Positions 29,874 through 32,000 of a DNA stretch of 32,000 nucleotides are shown here, one piece after another (within the stretch, counting starts at the first letter, position 1; each line of letters opens with the position of its first letter). This DNA is from Wigglesworthia glossinidia endosymbiont of Glossina morsitans morsitans (Yale colony) (GTDB lineage: Bacteria > Pseudomonadota > Gammaproteobacteria > Enterobacterales > Enterobacteriaceae), in the NCBI RefSeq assembly GCF_000247565.1, contig NC_016893.1, positions 180,001-212,000 on the forward strand, written 5' to 3'. The position numbers and the translations under genes were made by a program. The notes beneath the pieces are model-generated. The model was not told the origin of the DNA. It saw only the letters and a list, made by a program, of their open reading frames with translations, and did not search any database.

Positions 29874-30569
29874 TTAAGTGGCAGATACCATTAAATATCC
29901 TTTGCCTCTAAGTGTTTTAAACCAAGGTCTTAAATCTTTTCTTGGAGGAAGTTTTTTTCTTAAATTAGAAATGTGCATATCAATTGCTCTATCAAAAGGA
30001 GTTAATTTTTTTCCCAAAACTTCTTGACTTAAATATTCTCTAGATACTACTTGACCTAAATTTTGTGCTAATAAGAATAATAACGAAAATTCTGTACCTG
30101 TTAAATCTAAATTAATATTTCCAAAGCACGCTTCTTGTCTTCCTGGATTGAGATTTAATAAATCAACAAATACAGATGATTGTTTACCGATAGTTTTTTG
30201 AGCAAACCAATATGAACGTCTTAAAATTGCCCTAATACGTGCTATTAGCTCGCGATCGTTAAATGGTTTTGTTAAATAGTCATCTGCTCCCAGTTCTAAT
30301 CCTAGAATACGATCTAATTCGCTGCCACGTGCAGTTAACATAATAATAGGTATATGATGCTTTTTTTGGCGAATTTCTTTTAAAGTATCTATTCCATTTT
30401 TCTTTGGCATCATGATATCTAAAAGTAACAAATCGATTGCATTATTCAATTTAGAAAGTGCTTGTTCTCCATCATATGCTACCTGTATTTCAAATCCTTC
30501 TAATTCTAATAGTTCTTTTAATAAATCAATCAATTCATGATCGTCATCTACCAAAAGTAGTTTATTCAT
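29874..30569 (-). CDS. cpxR: envelope-stress response regulator CpxR (OmpR family)
   Basis: MNKLLLVDDDHELIDLLKELLELEGF...LLLLDIMMPKKNGIDTLK...IMLTARGSELDRILGLELGADDYLTKPFNDRELIARIRAILRR...LTGTEFSLLFLLAQNLGQVVSREYLSQEVLGKKLTPFDRAIDMHISNLRKKL...PWFKTLRGKGYLMVSA is nearly identical to E. coli CpxR. I prefer ATG 30569, which matches the E. coli N-terminus MNKILLVDDD and has AGGGA about 8 nt upstream. The ORF-track ATG 30575 adds 2 residues. Confidence 0.95.
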   Translation of the reverse strand: MNKLLLVDDDHELIDLLKELLELEGFEIQVAYDGEQALSKLNNAIDLLLLDIMMPKKNGIDTLKEIRQKKHHIPIIMLTARGSELDRILGLELGADDYLTKPFNDRELIARIRAILRRSYWFAQKTIGKQSSVFVDLLNLNPGRQEACFGNINLDLTGTEFSLLFLLAQNLGQVVSREYLSQEVLGKKLTPFDRAIDMHISNLRKKLPPRKDLRPWFKTLRGKGYLMVSAT

Positions 30570-30813
30570 ATACATTTTCCCTATTATACATAATTAACGC
30601 ATTATAATATTTTATTTTCTTTAATATTGAAAATTTATATCAAATTAATAATTTTTTATAATTTACATAAATTAATTAAATATATAAAATATAGAACGTA
30701 TAAAAGTATGAGAATTTACAGGTTTAAAAAAAAATAAAATAAATATTAAATATAATAAAAAATATATTATATATAATAATATATTTTATTCAAAATTTTA
30801 ATTAAGTAAAAAA

Positions 30814-31386
30814 TTATTTATTAATTACTATTTCTGATTGATACAGATACTTAGAATGTTTTTTTTTATTATAAGGTCGAATAGCAGAACCTGTCAGTAA
30901 TTCAAAACTTACTGCTCCAATTAACATATTGGGACGTAGTCCTATTGGTAGCTTACCAGAATTGTAAAACTCTAATACAATTTGACCTGACCACCCAGGA
31001 TCAATTCTATGAGAAGTAGCATGTACCATTAATCCTAAGCGAGCTAATGAAGATTTTCCATCCAACCATCCAACTAAATTATCCGGCAAAGTAATATGTT
31101 CCACAGTTAACGCTAATACTAGTTCTTTTGGATGTAAAAAAAATATTTCTCCTTCATTAATTTCAATTTGATGAGTAATTTTTTGTTGCAACATATCGTG
31201 ATTATTTTTTGATGAAATAAGTTCAACATCAATATAATCTATTTTATATCCCGTAAAAATTTGAAATTTATTTGATAATTTTAAATCTACCGTAGCTCCA
31301 TTAATTCTATTTTTTGAAGGTCTTGGAATTATAACTAACTGATTTTTATTTAACCATTTTTCTATATCATGATCGCATAATCGCAT
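30814..31386 (-). CDS. dcd: dCTP deaminase
   Basis: 190-aa [15 protein letters not shown]..., [10 protein letters not shown] and [44 protein letters not shown] are colinear with E. coli Dcd (193 aa). Confidence 0.96.
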   Translation of the reverse strand: MRLCDHDIEKWLNKNQLVIIPRPSKNRINGATVDLKLSNKFQIFTGYKIDYIDVELISSKNNHDMLQQKITHQIEINEGEIFFLHPKELVLALTVEHITLPDNLVGWLDGKSSLARLGLMVHATSHRIDPGWSGQIVLEFYNSGKLPIGLRPNMLIGAVSFELLTGSAIRPYNKKKHSKYLYQSEIVINK

Positions 31387-31611
31387 AATTATCCTTAATC
31401 TTTATAATCAAAAAAAACAAATTTTAAACATATAATTTTATATATAAACATTAAACAATAATATTTTTAATATATTTTCAACTTAGATATTAACATGTCT
31501 TTATATAAAATATATACTGTATTAATAAATGTTATAAAATTTAAGCATATTAAATAAAAAATACACATCGTTTATTATTATAGTAAATAATTTTTAAATA
31601 ATTTTAATATT

Positions 31612-32000
31612 ATGAATACGAATAAAAAAATTTTGATCACTTGTGCTTTACCGTATGCTAACGGAGAATTACATATCGGACATATTTTAGAACATGTACA
31701 AGCTGATATTTGCGTAAGATATCATCGTATGAAAGGTCATGAAGTCTATTTCATTTCCGCTGATGACAGTCATGGTACTCCGATTATGTTGAAAGCTCAA
31801 AAAAATGGAATAGTTCCAGAAAAAATGATTTTAAAAATGTATAATAAACATAAAAAAGATCTACTAAAATTTAATATTTGTTATGATAAATATTATTTAA
31901 CACATAGTAAAGAAAATTATCGACTATGCATCCTAATATATAAAATTTTAAAAAAGAAAAAATTAATTATTGAGAAAGAAATTTTTCAATTGTATGACAT
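31612..32000 (+). CDS. metG: methionine--tRNA ligase (5' part; continues beyond the right edge)
   Basis: Hand translation from ATG 31612 gives [63 protein letters not shown]... This matches the E. coli MetRS N-terminus, including the HIGH-type motif. It is not in the ORF track because the window edge truncates it. Confidence 0.93.
   Translation, partial: MNTNKKILITCALPYANGELHIGHILEHVQADICVRYHRMKGHEVYFISADDSHGTPIMLKAQKNGIVPEKMILKMYNKHKKDLLKFNICYDKYYLTHSKENYRLCILIYKILKKKKLIIEKEIFQLYD

Overview
By eye this window is extremely AT-rich (roughly 20-25% GC in genes, lower in spacers; I did not count). It is gene-dense and reads like a reduced gamma-proteobacterial (Enterobacterales-type) genome, probably an obligate insect endosymbiont of the Wigglesworthia/Blochmannia/Buchnera kind. 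The organism cannot be assigned without a database search. Stop usage includes TGA, so the genetic code is standard (table 11).

Content, left to right:
- damX (partial)-aroB-aroK on the minus strand.
- pckA on the plus strand.
- The complete E. coli-like ndk-rlmN-rodZ-ispG-hisS-yfgM-bamB-der block on the minus strand.
- Directly fused to it, the full S10-spc-alpha ribosomal protein cluster on the minus strand (rpsJ through rplQ, with secY and rpoA). I found rpmJ and rpmD by hand because they fall below the ORF-track size cutoff.
- yibN-grxC-gpsA on the plus strand, with no secB.
- cpxA-cpxR and dcd on the minus strand.
- The 5' end of metG on the plus strand.

I see no rRNA, tRNA, CRISPR array, mobile element or recognisable defence or accessory system. 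This is core housekeeping DNA, and I found no evidence of a wholly novel multi-gene system.

The unusual observations all concern genome erosion:
1. cpxA keeps an intact kinase core, but its TM1 and periplasmic sensor half has decayed in place into in-frame stops. It sits next to a very well conserved cpxR.
2. The essential GTPase gene der is split exactly at an A10 tract. An A11 transcript would restore a full-length protein.
3. bamB has no signal peptide or lipobox.
4. rodZ lacks its periplasmic domain.
5. Several in-frame A10 tracts lie in essential genes.
6. There are synteny breakpoints and long AT-only spacers.
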